Assembly: GCF_025526975.1 (NCBI RefSeq) | Contig: NW_026515679.1 | Span: 682,001 to 746,000 of the forward strand | DNA length: 64,000 bases | Origin: Fimicolochytrium jonesii | Taxonomy: Eukaryota | Direction of reading: 5' to 3' | Shown: one piece after another, positions 23,180 to 38,300 of the stretch | Layout: each line of letters begins with the position of its first letter | Numbering within the stretch: the first letter of the stretch is position 1 | Position numbers and translations under genes: made by a program | The notes under the pieces: model-generated | The model's database searches: none | Told to the model about the DNA's origin: nothing | Seen by the model: the letters and a program-made list of their open reading frames with translations, nothing else

Positions 23180-25551
23180 TTATGCCGTTATACCCTGAGC
23201 CTGCGTGGTGGTCTGCAGCTGGTCGGTTGAAGGCAGTTTGGGGAGCTGTGGTTGCGCGTTCGCGGTGGCTGCGTGGTCCTGTTGCTTACTGTACTCGTCG
23301 ATCTGCAAAGCAAAGGTTTTCAGATCAGCAATCCACAACAGACAACAAGAACATATCTAAAATAACATACCTTCTCCAACAACGTCGTCGAATACCCCGG
23401 CGAATAATACCTCACAATCTCCTCCGGATAACACTGATTAATCGCTCTAATATACTCCCCCATCTTCGTCCCCGCCAACCCGTTCCCACTCCCCGCGGCC
23501 CCCTCCTTCATCGCCACCTGCTGCGCCAACGTCCCGGGCACCCCGACGCCCGTCCCACCCGCATAGATCCCCGCAATCTCCTGCACGCGCTGCAACCCGC
23601 CATTGATCACGAACGCGCGCCGCGCACCCACGTCGTGCGGCAGGATCTTGGCGAACTGCCCGACGACGTACTTGAGGATATTCGCCGGTGTGGTCTGGGG
23701 CTGCAGAAGCGGGTCGAGGGCTTCGATCGCGAGGGTTTTTTCGAGGATGCATTTGAGCGCGCGTTTGGTTTTGGTCTTGAGGTCGGCGCCTGCGGTTGTG
23801 GACGACGCGTCGTCCGAGGGGGAGGAGGTCGTGGTGAGGATGCGCAGGAGTTTGGAGAGGACGGCGTGGTCCGCGAGCGTTTTGGCGTGGTCGGGGGAGT
23901 GCCGGCCGATCTGGCCGAGGGACCAGGCGCATGCTGCCTGTTTTTCGTTTTGTTGGAGAGGGATACAGGGTTAAAAATCCGACGATGGGCTCGATGCTTT
24001 CTCCTCCAGTCCAGCATTCCTGTCCACACCAGCTCCATCCGCACGCAGAACAGGTTTTAATCCACATCATACCTTGATATGCTCATCCCCCTCAATCACC
24101 AACGCCTGCGTCAACGGCGGAACGCCCTTCGCAACAATCACCGCCAGCGCAAGCGTCTCGGAGAACGCAGCGACGTAGCCCAGCGTCATGATACCCGGCA
24201 AGCGAGCATTGCCGCGCGTCTCGTTGACATAGTCCACAACCGCCGCAATCCCTCCGGAGTTGACGATGAGTTGCGCGAGCTGGTGGGATGGTGGAAAATA
24301 TCAAGTAAATGATGAGTTATAACAAAAAACAAACCCAGCAGAAAACACCATAAACCCCCGCAGACTCTCCCCTACCTCCGGGGTATGCTTCGCAATTTCG
24401 CACACCAGCGTCGCCGCATTCTTCTTGACATACCCATCCACATCCTTCAAGCAATCCAGCGCGCTCGGGAAGATCTCGCCGTCCACGACCGTCTCGGCCA
24501 GGTCCACCGTGTGCTTGGCGATCTGCGCCAGCGCGGAGCACACTTGGCGCCGGAGCTTGGCGTCGGGGTTGGCGAGGAGGGGCGCGACGATCGGGACCGT
24601 GTTGGCGTCGACGACGCATTGGGCGAGCTTGAAAGAGGTTAGAGAGCGAGTGGGGGGGTTCAATCAAGGTGCTTGTAAGAAAGCCCAAAGTGGGATGGGG
24701 AAGTGAACGCATACCTCCGGCGAATGCTTCGCGGTATCGCTCAATGCCGACGCCGCGATCCGTCGTAGCGAGAGTTCCGGCTCCTGCACGCACAGCACGA
24801 GCAACGGGATCGCTCCCGCGTCCACCACCGCCTGTGCCAATTCTGTTCACCACCATTTTCAAGACAATGTTCAGCGTTCAACTCGCCCAGCAACACAGAT
24901 ATTATCATCATACCTCCACTGTGACGAGCAATGTATCCCAGCGCCCAAGCAGCAGACTCCTTGACCCCCGGGTCAAACTCCTCAAGACAACTGATGAGCG
25001 CCGTCAACGCGCCCGAGTCGACGACGGATTGCGCGAGGTCTGGGGAGTGCTTGGCTACGGCACGGAGCACGAAGGCTGCGGCTTTTTTGTAGAAGCGCTG
25101 GGATGGGAGACGAAGGGGGATGTTTGTTAGCGGGTGTTGTTCCGAACGAGATGTTGCCTTTGAAACCCGTCCCAAGCGCTGGATAAATTCTGAAAGGGAG
25201 GTACCCGCATCCACGCCCCCCGCCCCCCGCCCCCCCACTCACATTCTGCTCACTCAACGAATAAACCAACTGCGGCAAGATATCCGAATCAACCACACTC
25301 TGCGCCATCTCCTCATTATAATTCGCCAATCTCCCCAACGCCAGCGCCGCAGCCTGCTGGATCGCCGGCACATTGTCCAGCAGCAACGGGCGCAGAAGTG
25401 ACATCACACCCGCGCCTTGCAGAGCCTCGATGTTGGTTTCGCGGGAGGCTAGGTCCGCGACGGTTTGCACGAACATCAGTCGCTCTTTTTGGTACTTTTC
25501 GAACACGGCGAACACTGCCCGCGTGTTCGCGGCGGAGGGTGAGCTTGTCAT
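23180..25551 (-). CDS. SPAG6: Axonemal central-pair armadillo protein SPAG6/PF16, multi-exon
   Basis: RAVFAVFEKYQKERLMFVQTVADLASRETNIEALQGAGVMSLLRPLLLDNVP, FYKKAAAFVLRAVAKHSP, QIAKHTVDLAE, INQCYPEEIVRYYSPGYS. Confidence 0.96.
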
Positions 25552-26304
25552 GATGCCCGCGGTTTTCGGTGTTGTTTATTGTTGCGGGGACTATGCAGTC
25601 GTTTTGCGGATCGAAGACTGGTTGCGTTCAGAGATCCCGGTTCGTGTTGAATATTGGTGTGCTGATGTTCAGGCAGCACCGTTGCACGCAGCAGCAAGGG
25701 GCGAAATTGGGCAAAGTCCCGAATACACCGCTTCCTGCTGTGTATAAGCCGGGCTCTCGTCCAAGAATCACTTAACAGGCCTACTTTTCAAACAAGGCGA
25801 CAACCTCAACCGTCAACGATATCTATCCACTTTGAGTGGCGGTCCATTTGGCGCCTCTAAAGAATATGATATACACACTGGCTCTCTATGCTTACGCGAT
25901 ATATGCCATGCTTAAAGACAAAAACTCCGGTCGAAACGTGGGGATCACTTTCGCATCAAGGCGACGGCAGACGGAAACGAAAACGGAAAAGAGACGCATG
26001 GTTAAGCTTGTCAGTTTCCGTCTGACGGGAAAACTGCTGTCGAAAGTTTGGGAGCATGCTTACGTCACGGGACGCGCTTGTTTCCGCGCCGTTCAATTCG
26101 GAAGCTGCATTTTGAAGGCAGCTGCTAGGAGGACCCTTGATCTGACCATACTTACTGCATATTTGTAAGGCGTATTGAGGGGTCATCGCAATTATTGAAA
26201 CCACAAAATACTTCGTTTTGCTTTGAGACTGCCCACATCTAGTATCGCCGCTTTTACTTTGCCTGCTTCCGAGACCCCAACTGCAACCCTACTCACGGTC
26301 CCGG
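25552..26304. promoter_or_regulatory. Putative bidirectional promoter between SPAG6 and the dynein gene
   Basis: 753-bp head-to-head gap; 11-bp perfect inverted pair cagacggaaac (25968-25978) / gtttccgtctg (26014-26024). Confidence 0.5.
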
Positions 26305-29300
26305 ATGCGCGATACGTCGGCACTCCACAAGTCCCTCAACCAGAATACAGGAGCAGCAAGTAATGCAAAACAGACGGTAGCAGGCGGGCGTGAGGGCACG
26401 CCACAGCTCTCCGATGTGCCCGTCCACCTGCGTAGATCTGGCATGCTCAGCGAATATGCCGTCCGACCTGAGGAATTCATCGACGATGAGGAGCTCGACG
26501 CACCCCCACCTGCAGTCGAAAACGAAAGTGTAGTGTTTGGATTGCCGACTACCCGGTCATTTCAGAGGCCGCCTCGTGCTGCAGGGCGGTCTGCGGTGGC
26601 GAGAGATGGTTTGGCGAGAGGTGGGCTCGTCGGGGCTGCGGGGAAGCAGGACACCGCTGCAGGTGCTGCACAGGGTGGGGCTGATGTGCCTGTCTCGGGG
26701 GAATCAGCTCCTCCCACACAGCGCCGGTTCAAGCCATCGGACTATGCCAAAGCGATGCAGCCAAAGGTGATGCTGCCATTTCAGTCTCGGCCTGGGCAGA
26801 TTCCGAGACGGATCGAGATCGAGCGGAAGAAGAGGTTGTTTTCGAAACAGAACATTGCCCAGCTGATTGATCAGGCGATTGCTGAGACGCGGAAAAAGCT
26901 GGATGAGGAGAAGGGTGTTGAAACACAGAAACCAGCAGCTGCTGCTGGCGGCGATGCCGATGTCACGCCGGACGGGCAGAGCAAGCAAGACGCATCAGAA
27001 CTTGCGGATTTCCTGCCGCTCGACAGATTTGATAACGCGGAATTCGAACCGCGCGATATCTCCGAATGGCTAGATATGGAGACCTACGGCGCAGCCACCG
27101 AACAGCGACACCAACAGAACGTAACGCGGAAAGCCACCCCAGCCCCGCCCGTGACGGCGGACGGAACACGCTTTGCCACCATCCCTGTCCCGGCGCAGGC
27201 CTTCAACGGGACGTACTGGCGGCACTGCTTCGTGCTTGGATACAACGAGAAAACCAACCTGTGGAAGGTCCGCTGGCGGAACATCAGCGGGTGGGCGTAT
27301 AACAGGATTGTGGATGTTGAAGATGGCGACCATGCGGAGGAGCCTGATGACGATGGGGAGGATGATTCGGAATCGGGCGATGAGAAGGATGAGTTTCATG
27401 CTGGCGCGCTGAGGGCGGCGACGAGGAAGGAATCGTGGATTCATCGGTAGTTGTGTGCTTTTTGTTGGGATCACCCGCGATGGAGGGTTCGGCGGCATAT
27501 GCGCTTATTCACCGTTTGTTGTGCCATTTCTTGGTTAGAATCAACTTGCTGTTCCTTGCGGAAGATCCCTTCATCTTCGCACAACGAGTCGCGGCGGCTT
27601 ATCGACTGCGGGAAGAAGTTGCAAGATCGTTGGTGAGAACCATCTCGTGTGCGCCATTCGCGCATGCTTTCCCTAAACATGAAGTTTCACCAACAGCAAT
27701 ACAGCTTCTACATCGACTGCATGCCCATGGAGCAGTCCTTGCAGATCCCGGGGGCGCAGCTATCGCGCATCGGATTGCTTGCACAAGGGCGGAAAGCAAC
27801 CGATAAAAAAGCGCCCGGAAAGGCATCCGTTGATCATATTATGGAAGAGATCAGAGGAGACTTTGCCCGCGCCATGAACAAGCAGCTGTTTGATGTTGAG
27901 GTAACGTGAGCAGGTGATGTGCGTCGTGCTCTTCTATTTTGCTGACTTTAACTCTGATGTAGGTCACCCGGGGAAAAGGTCGGGGACAATATGGAGCCGT
28001 CGCTTTGCCAGCAAATAAGGATGGAGATGCATTTTCGAGGTACGACATCCGGTCGCACCTATATGGATATGTGTGGAAGATACTCAATTTTCATGATCAT
28101 AGAACATCAATACCAGAGGTTCCGCCATACGAATTTTCACAGCAGAAGAAGGGTTTCAGCTTCTCCACCTTCCTCAGCAGCTTGGAAGTCGTGCGCACCT
28201 TTTCCAGAATACGCGTGGAGGCGGATAGGCTGATGAGCATGAACCTGATTGTCACAAACATCACCAAAACAATGCGATTGGATGAGTTTGAGACGTTGCA
28301 GAACCAGAATCTGCAGACTGTGAAGAGTTCGTTGAAAGACAGGTGAGATGACGGGCCAAGTTGTGTCTCGATGCTTTTATGCCACTGAACACGAGTTGGT
28401 CCCATGTAGCTGGGTACCTGCGAACAAAACAGCGTTGAAGAACGGCTTCAAAGAGGTCGGCAAGGGATGGTACAACATGAAAGAAACCAATCTCGAAGTC
28501 TACAACGGCAGTAAGCTCAAGAAGCTGATGATAACCGTTAAATTCGTGATGCAAGACTCGCTTCGGTTTCTCGTGCTGAACTCGCTGAAGGATTTCGTCC
28601 GACTCGTGAGCAACGTCACAAACCAGAAAGTCATCATTGCTGGAACCAACGATGTAAAGATTCTGGACGCTGAAGGGCCGGCGAAGTTTGCGAATGGAGA
28701 CATTGGGGCCCGGCGACCGCTTTTTGCCCTCGATCTGGTGTTCCGGAATGGGAAGTTGCAGTACAATCTTGATTTCCAGCACTTTGAGACGGTGTTGATG
28801 TCCATCTTTGACAAGTCGCTGACGACTGTGGAGGGCTTGCCTGAGCTCGAGCCGCTGGTGTTGGACCAAATGTTTTGGGCAGCGAAACCTACGCTGCAGA
28901 CCCCAAGCGCGAGGGACCCATCTATCTCACGATTGAGGAAGAGTCTGCTGCACGCGATCAGGGCTGGGTTGGTTCCACTGGAGAAGTATTACCGTCAGTA
29001 CGACAAGCACATGAAGCTACTCACGCTGGATCTCGCCCAGTACTCGCAGGAGTATGAGGCAGAGGAGCACAGTGTCGAGGACATGGAGAAGGACATTGCG
29101 CGGCACGCAAAAGAATGGGAGCTGCTGGATAAGGAGGTGCCGAGCCATATCTCGCTCGGCCTGTTCTGGGTGAGCTGCGAAAGCATCCGAACCGCGATGA
29201 AGAAAGATCTGAGCAAAGTCATCCTGGATATTCTCAGCCGCCGAGCAGCCAAACTGGCCCAAAACGTCTCGCAGACATTCAACACCATCCAGTCGAAACT

Positions 29301-32300
29301 GAAAGAGAGGCCGGTGAAGATCGAAGAGCTCACCGAGCTTCGCGAGTACATGCGCACCATCCCAGAAACCGTCCGCATGCAACACTCACGCATCACCGAG
29401 ATGCTGCAATACTATGACGTCCTCGAGAAGTACAGACACGAGCTCTCAAACGAGGATTTCCGAGCCAAGTGGCAGGCCTACACATGGCCCATGCGCGTTG
29501 ATGAGATGATCAAGCAGACCGAAACATCGCTGGAGACCGACGAGCAGACCTTCCTCAAGAACCTCGCTGCTGACCAGGAGATCTTCAAAGAGCGCGTGCA
29601 CACATTGAGCACCATTATCGTCGACTTCAGCAAGCATTCCGATGTTGGGAAGATCGCGGATATTGCATTGGAGGTGCATAAAACGAGCCAGGAGCTTAAA
29701 GAATGCCAAAACCTTGCGGCGCTCTTCAACAGCCGAGAGCGCTTGTTCAACCTGGAAGTTACACACTATGACGAGGTCTCGCAGCTTGGCAAGGACTTTG
29801 AGCCTTATAAGAACCTGTGGCTGACCGCGGCCGATTGGACAAAGTGGAGGACGCAGTGGCTGAGCGGAAGTTTCTTGGACTTGAATGCAGAGGATGTCGA
29901 GAAGAACTTGATGAACGCTTGGAGGGTCATGTTTAAGAGTGTCAAGACATTTAAAAGCCAGCCGGGATGCTTGGCTGTTGCTATGCAGGTAAGATCTGAA
30001 CGGAAGTTTGCATACGGGAATACATGATCTGATGAGCACGATACTCTCTAGATGAAGGAAGAAATGGACGATTTCAAGCCCAATCTGCCCCTCATACAAG
30101 CCCTTCGAAACCCAGGAATGAGAGACCGCCACTGGGATCGCTTGAATGAAGAGATGGGCACCAAGCTGCGACCGGATGCGTCACTCACCTTGACGGACAT
30201 CCTGAAGATGAACCTGCTTGAGCGTGTTGACACTATCACGAAAGTGTGCGATACCGCCGGAAAGGAATACTCCATCGAGGCGGCGCTCGACAAGATGGAC
30301 AACGAGTGGAAGTCCATTGCTTTGGAGATCATTGCATACAAAGACACTGGCACCGCTATCATGAAGATTTCCGACGAAGTGCTGCGGTTGCTGGATGATC
30401 ATCTTGTCATGACGCAAAGCATGAGCTTTAGCCCTTACAAGAAGCCGTTCGCGGATAGGATAGCCTTATGGGAAAACAAGCTGCGTACCGTGCAAGAAGT
30501 GGTCGAAGCGTGGATGGCATGCCAGCGCTCATGGCTCTACCTCGAACCCATCTTCAGCAGTGACGATATCGTTACGCAGCTACCAGCCGAAAGCAAGCGG
30601 TTCACTACAATGGACAGGACATGGCGCCGCATTATGTCTCAAGCAAAAGCGAAACCGGGCGTAATTGAGTTTTGCAGCGATTACAAGCTTCTCGACTCCT
30701 TCCGCGAATGCAATAAGCTACTTGAACTCGTCGCCAAAGGGTTATCGGCGTACCTCGAAAGCAAACGTATCGCCTTCCCGCGATTCTTTTTCCTCAGCGA
30801 CGACGAGTTGCTGCAGATCCTATCGCAGACAAAAGACCCTACCGCCGTGCAGCCGCATTTACGCAAATGCTTCGAAAACGTTGCGTCTCTCGAATTCGAG
30901 CCGGACAACCGCATCGTGGCCATCTATTCTGCAGAAGGGGAGAAAATCATGGTCGCGGAGCCTTTCTATCCCAAAGGACCCGTCGAGGGATGGCTCCTGC
31001 AGGTGGAGGATCAGATGCGCAAGAGTGTGAAGAGGGTCATCATCGATGGGCTCGCTTCATACCACACCAAATCACGCACGGCTTGGGTGTTGGACTGGCC
31101 TGGGCAGTCGGTCATCGCGTGTTCGCAAACCTACTGGACGAAGGAGGTTACGGAAGCCATCAAGACCGGGACCGTGAAAGCGCTATACCAGCGCCTCCTA
31201 ACTCAGTTGGACGGACTGGTCGGCTTGGTCAGGGGAGAGCTGCCCTTCCTCAACAGACTTGTGCTTGGCGATTTGATCGTCATTGATGTGCATAGTCGTG
31301 ACGTGGTCAAGAAGCTTGTCGACGCCAATGTGTCCAACGAAAATGACTTTGAGTGGATCAGTCAGCTTCGATACTACTGGGAAGAGGATGACCTGCGGGT
31401 GAAAATCGTCAATGCGAACTTCCGATACGGCTATGAGTACTTGGGTAACACTGGGCGGCTAGTCATCACTCCGCTCACTGATAGATGTTACTTGACGCTT
31501 TCCGGCGCGATGCATCTGGGAATGGGAGGTGCTCCGGCCGGCCCTGCTGGTACCGGAAAGACGGAGACGGTCAAGGACCTCGCCAAAGCTCTCGCCAAGC
31601 AATGTGTTGTGTTTAACTGCTCTGACCAGCTGGACTATTTGGCTATGGCGAAATTCTTCAAAGGACTTGCATCCAGCGGTGCATGGGCCTGCTTTGACGA
31701 ATTCAACCGTATTGATATCGAGGTGCTCAGTGTCGTTGCACAGCAAATCCTGACGATTCAGAAGGCCGCTGCAATGGGAGCCACACGATTCATGTTTGAG
31801 GGCGTGGACTTGCCCTTGGACCCTACGAATGCGATCTTCATCACCATGAACCCTGGGTACGCTGGTCGTACCGAGTTGCCTGACAACTTGAAGGCGCTGT
31901 TCCGCCCAGTTGCTATGATGATTCCCAACTACGCCATGATTGGCGAGATCTCTCTGTTTTCGTTCGGGTTCAGCAATGCGCAAGTGTTGGCCGACAAAAT
32001 GGTGGCTACCTTCAAACTGAGCTCGGAGCAGTTATCATCGCAAGATCACTACGATTTCGGTATGCGGGCAGTAAAGTCCGTCATCTCCGCTGCTGGAAAC
32101 CTCAAGCGTACGGATCCGAATGGGCCGGAGGACATCATCATGTTGCGGGCGCTCGTGGACTGCAACTTGCCGAAATTCCTCGCGGACGATGTACCACTAT
32201 TCAACGGCATCATCAGCGATTTGTTTCCGGGCATTGAGCTGCCCAAAATCGACTATGGAGACTTGCTTGAGGCGCTTCATACAAGCTGCAATAAAATGGG

Positions 32301-35300
32301 TCTGCAGCCGGAGGAGTCTTTCATCAGCAAATGCATTCAGCTGTACGAGACGACTATCGTGCGTCACGGTCTCATGTTGGTCGGACCTCCAGGCGGAGGA
32401 AAGACTAGCTGTTCAAGAGTTTTGGCGCGGAGTTTGAGCAGTCTGCAAGGAATCAAAGCGCCGAATAACACCACCTTCCAGAAGGTCCGCATCCATGTGC
32501 TGAACCCGAAGTCTATCACTATGGGTCAACTTTACGGAGAGTTCGACCAGCAAACGCATGAGTGGTCCGACGGGATCCTTTCTGCGTTGATGAGGGAAGG
32601 TGTGGAGGATACCACACCAGATCGAAAGTGGTACATATTTGACGGGCCTGTCGATGCAGTCTGGGTCGAAACCATGAACACGCTGCTTGACGACAATAAA
32701 AAGCTATGCCTGACCAGTGGAGAGATCATCAAGATGGCATCTACACAAACCATGATGTTTGAGGTTCAAGATCTCGCCTATGCTTCTCCGGCCACCGTGT
32801 CACGGTGCGGGATGATTTATATGGAGCCGGAAGCCTTAGGGATCGACCCGCTTATCAAGAGCTGGATCGCAAAGGAGGAAGCCGGGATGCCACCTGCGCT
32901 GGCCAGTGTGTTCCCTGCTGCTGTTCAGCCGTTGTTTGATTACTGGCTCGCTGACGGACTTGTGTACATGAGGAAGAACTTGAAGGAAGGAGTGCCGACC
33001 ACCAATGGACATCTTGCGACGAGCTTGATGAAGATCCTGCATTGTCTCATTCAGACGGCGTTGCCAAAGGAGACCGAGGGGACCGCAGCGACTCCTGCAC
33101 CGGTAAGTATAAGTGATGGCGATGAACATATTTGTTGTTGAGAAGGTGATTTACTCATTCGACTGTCTTTATGTTCCCAGGCCGCCGATCAGACGAATCA
33201 CTTCGTACAAACCATCGAGCCTTTCTTCCTTTTCTCATTCATTTGGTCTCTCGGCGCCACCACCGACCGGGTCGGACGGGAAAAGTTCGATTACTGGATG
33301 CGAGAAGCTCTGAAGGAAAGACCAGCCGCCATTCCTCTGCCTGAAGCAGGGCTGGTCTACGACTACGTGTACGACCTGGAAAAAGCGGCGTGGACCGGCT
33401 GGATGTCCTCGGTTCCTGAATTCCAGATGACCCCCAAAGCGAACCCAAGCGAAACGATTATTCCGACCCTGGATACAGTCCGGAACTCGTACCTCCTTCA
33501 TCTGCTGTTGAACAACGGATGCCATGTTCTGACCACAGGTCCGACTGGAACGGGGAAAACGGTGACCGTTCAAGACAAGATCCTGAGAGGAGGCGAGGTA
33601 TCCGTTATGCCGCTAATATTCAATTTCTCTGCTCGCACCGGAGCCAACCAGACGCAAGATTTGATGGACAGCAAGATGGAGAAGCGTCGGAAGGGTGTGT
33701 TTGGGCCTCCGGTAGGCAAGAAATACGTGGTGTTCGTGGACGATTTGAACATGCCTGCCTTGGACCTCTGTGGTGCACAGCCCGCCGTTGAACTATTACG
33801 GCAATGGATGGACTGCGGAGGCTGGTACGACAGGAAAAATGTCGGCAAATTCATGGAGATAGTCGACATCACCTTCGTCTGCGCCATGGGGCCGCCGGGA
33901 GGTGGTCGCAATCCAGTTACTCAACGGTTTACGAGACACTTCAATCTGTTCAGCTATGTGGAGATGGACAACCCCTCGCTTCAGCGCATCTTTGGCACGA
34001 TCCTTGGGTCCTTCCTTAACAGATTCTCGCCGGATATACAAAAGCAGACAACCCCCATTGTGTCCGCGTCCATCAACATCTACAACACCATCCGAGCCGA
34101 GCTCCTTCCAACACCAGCAAAGTCTCACTACACATTCAATTTGCGCGATCTTGCCAAGGTGGTCTTGGGTGTGTTGAGTGCCGATCAGAAGTCTATTGCT
34201 AGCTCAGCGGATATCGTACGGCTTTGGGTACATGAGTGCCTTCGCGTTTTCCAAGATCGTCTGGTCGACAACACTGACAAGAGCTGGTTCTTAAGCTTGG
34301 TCAAAGAATCGATGACCCAGAGCATCGGAATGGACTACTCGGATGTGGTCACCACTGAACCACTCTTGTACGGAGATTACCTCACTCCCGGAGCAGATCC
34401 CAAGATTTATACAGAAATCAAGGACATGAAACGGCTGGTGAAGCTTTCTGAAGAATACCTTGATGACTACAATGGTACCACCACGAGTCCCATGAGGCTC
34501 GTGATGTTCTTGGACGCCATTGAGCATGTCAGTCGGATATGCAGGATCATTCGACAACCGGGCGGCCACGCGCTTTTGCTCGGTGTCGGAGGTAGCGGAA
34601 GGCAGAGCTTGAGTCGACTTGCGACATTCATGGAAGAATACAACATCTTCCAGATTGAGATCACAAAGAGTTACGGTCAGACGGAATGGAAAGAGGATTT
34701 GAAGAAAGTTCTTTTTGCTTCAGGTTTGGAAGCCAAGCCGACTGTATTCCTGTACGCCGATACGCAGATTATATCCGAAAGCTGCGTCGAGGATGTGAAC
34801 AATCTTCTCAACGGCGGCGACGTGCCAAACATCTACACGGGCGAGGAAACAGATCGAATTTTGAACGGCATGCGACCGATTGCCAACGATTTGGCCATCT
34901 CGCCTACCCGCGAAAATCTCTTCGCCCTCTACATCTCCCGAGTCAAAGCTAATCTGCATCTAATCATCTGCATGAGTCCCATCGGCGATGCTTTCCGAAC
35001 TCGGCTGCGTATGTTCCCCAGTTTGGTCAACTGCTGCACGATCGACTGGTTCTCCACATGGCCGGAAGAGGCGCTGAGGAGCGTTGCGGCCAACTCCGTT
35101 GCTGAAATCAATGACTTGGGGTCTGAGCAGGTCATTGATGGAATCGTCAATCTTTGCGTTGTTATGCACGAGTCTGTTCGCCAACGCTGCATCCACTACA
35201 AAGCTGAACTCAATCGGAATAACTACGTTACACCCAAATCGTATCTTGAGCTGCTTGGATTATATAGGGGCCTGCTGGACAAGAAGAGGAACGAGCTCCT

Positions 35301-38300
35301 TGCCCTTCGCAAGCGGACTGCGACAGGTCTGGAAAAGCTGCTTAACGCGACGAAGGAGGTCGAGATTCTGCAAGAAGAGCTCGAGGCGATGCAGCCCATG
35401 CTGTTGCAAACCAGTCAGGAAACGGAATACGCAATGAAGAAGATTGCCGCTGACAAGGTCGTTGCCGAGGAGATTCGTGCGAATGTGGCAGTCGAGGAGG
35501 CCGCGTCCAATAAGAAGGCTGAGGAAACGAAAGCGATTGCTGACGATGCCAAGCGCGATCTGGACGAGGCTCTGCCTGCTCTTGACGCTGCCCTTGAATC
35601 TCTGAATTCCCTTTCGAAGAACGACGTTATTGAAGTGCGTTCCATGCAACGGCCGCCAGAAGGTGTCAAGCTCGTCATCGAAGCCGTATGCATCATGAAA
35701 GCCATCAAGCCCAAGAAAATCGATGGAGACAAGCCAGGCAAAAAAGTAGACGATTACTGGGAGCCCGGAAAGCAGTTGCTGGCAGAACCACAAAGGTTCT
35801 TGGACGGTCTGATCAACTTTGACAAGGATAATATCTCCGAGCAAACGATCCAGAAGATCAAACCGTACATCGACTCCCCAGATTTCCAGGTTAGCGTCAT
35901 CTCCCGCGTTTCCAAGGCCGCTACCTCAATGTGTGCTTGGGTGCGAGCCATGGAGAAGTACTACTACGTGTCCCGATCCGTGGAGCCGAAGCGTGCCCGT
36001 TTGAAGGAGGCGCAGGACTCGTTGGACGAGACGTTACGAGTTCTGGGCGAACTGAAGAAGAAGATGCGCGAATCTGAAATCAACATCCGCGAGATGGAGA
36101 AACGCTTCAGCGAGTCCGTCGCGAAGAAAGAGGAGCTGTCCCGGAAAGTCGAGGAATGTAACGTCAAATTGTCCCGTGCGGGCAAGCTCATCTCAGGTTT
36201 AGGCGGGGAGAAGCAGCGGTGGGCCCTGACGATCGAACAGCTGGATACAAAGATCACCAACGTGATTGGGGACATCTTGCTCGCTTCAGGTGCTATCGCC
36301 TACCTCGGCCCCTTCACGGCAGAGTACCGCGCCTGGTTCATGTCAGAATGGACCGGGAGCCTGCTCCGGTTCAAAATCCCGCATTCGGAGGGGATATCGC
36401 TTTACGACTCGCTGGGCGATCATGTCAAAGTGCGTGAATGGGAGCTTAGCGGTCTTCCTAAAGACTCCCTGAGTCGGGATAATGCCATCATTGTTCAGAA
36501 CTCGAGACGATGGCCGTTGCTGATCGATCCGCAGGGGCAGGCGAATAAGTGGATCCGTAATATGGAGAAGGACAACACGCTTGATATCGTGAAGTTGACG
36601 GATAAAGACTTCTTGCGGACGTTGGAGAATGCTATTCGGTTCGGGAAACCGGTCCTGCTGGAGAATGTGCAGGAGAAGTTGGATCCGGCTTTGGAGCCGA
36701 TATTGCTGAAGCAGACGTTCAAACAGGGAGGAAGCACGGTGATTAAGGTACCACTGATGCTCTCAATGTAGTCAGATTCGATTGCTCAGATGCTCACGAT
36801 CTCTATTTCCAGATTGGAGACAGCATCCTACCCTACCACGACGATTTCCGCTTCTACATCACCACAAACCTCCCCAACCCGCATTACTCACCTGAAATCA
36901 GCGCAACCGTCACGATCCTCAACTTCACACTAGCCGCCAGCGGACTCGAAGACCAGTTACTCGCTATCGTCGTCGCAAACGAGCGCCCAGACCTGGAAGA
37001 AGCCAAAAGCCAGCTGACCATGAACAACGCGCAAATGAAACGCGAGCTCAAAGACATCGAGGACAAGATCCTGTACCTTCTCTCCTCCGTCCAGGGAAGT
37101 CCCGTCGACGACGAACGGCTCATCGACACCCTTGGCGCCTCCAAAGAAACATCCGAAGAGATCTCGCGTAAGGTCGCGGCCGCCGAACAAACCGAGAAGG
37201 ATATCGACACCACGCGTAACAAATACACCCCCGTTGCAGTGCGCACACGGATCCTATTCTTCTGCATTACCGAGCTCGCCAATATCGACCCGATGTACCA
37301 GTACTCGCTCAACTGGTTCATGAACCTTTTCGTGTCGGCGATCACGCATTCGGACAAGAGCGACGACATCGACCAGCGGATCGTGAATATCAACGAGTAC
37401 TTCACCTACTCATTGTTCTCGAACGTGTGTCGATCGTTGTTTGAGCGGCATAAGTTGTTGTTCTCGTTCTTGCTCATCATCCGGATATTGATGAACGATG
37501 ACAAGATCGATATGGATGAGTGGAAATACCTCCTGACAGGGGGCACGATCGCAGAGTCCAAGACCCCCAACCCGGCGCCCGACTGGCTGTCCCCCAACAG
37601 CTGGCAGCAGATCCTGACCCTGGCGTCGCTGCCCACCTTCCGCACGATTGACGAAGATTTCGCGGAAGACCCGGAACCGCTGAAGATCATATTCGACAGC
37701 CAGCAGCCGCACAAGGAGCCGCTGCCGGAGAAATGGAACACCGCGTTGACCCAGTTCCAGAAAATGCTCGTGTTGCGGTGTATCCGCCCGGACCGGATCA
37801 CATCCGCCGTACAGGACTTTGTGGCTGCGCAGCTCGGCGAGCAGTTCATCGAGCCGCAGACCTCCGACCTGTCCGCGCTGTACAAGGAATCCACCCCAAT
37901 CACACCGCTCATCTTTGTGCTCTCGCCCGGAGCTGACCCGGCTAGTTCGCTGTTCAAATTCGCAGAGGAGATGCGGTTCAGCAAGAAACTGAACGCCGTT
38001 TCACTTGGACAGGGCCAGGGCCCGAAAGCCGAGGTCCTGATCAAGGAAGGCATGGAACGCGGGCTCTGGATCCTCCTCCAAAACTGCCACCTCGCCCCCT
38101 CCTGGATGCCCACCCTCGACCGCATCATCGACGGGATGACGCCCGACCGTGTGCATCGCGATTTCCGAATCTGGCTGACATCCATGCCGACCCCCAAATT
38201 CCCGGTCAGTATCCTGCAGAACGGGGTCAAGACGACCTTGGAACCGCCCAATGGCATTAAGGCGAACTTGCTGAGGACGTATGCGACGTTCAATGATGAT

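Noticed and set aside
23080..24060. 326-aa plus-strand ORF and similar long ORFs opposite dynein, NSL1, VPS9 and SLA1
   Set aside because: Antisense or alternative-frame shadows produced by GC-rich codon usage.
25552..26304. Canonical RFX X-box in the flagellar promoter
   Set aside because: No GTYNCY-AT-RGNAAC match seen; the gtttcc...ggaaaac spacing is too long.
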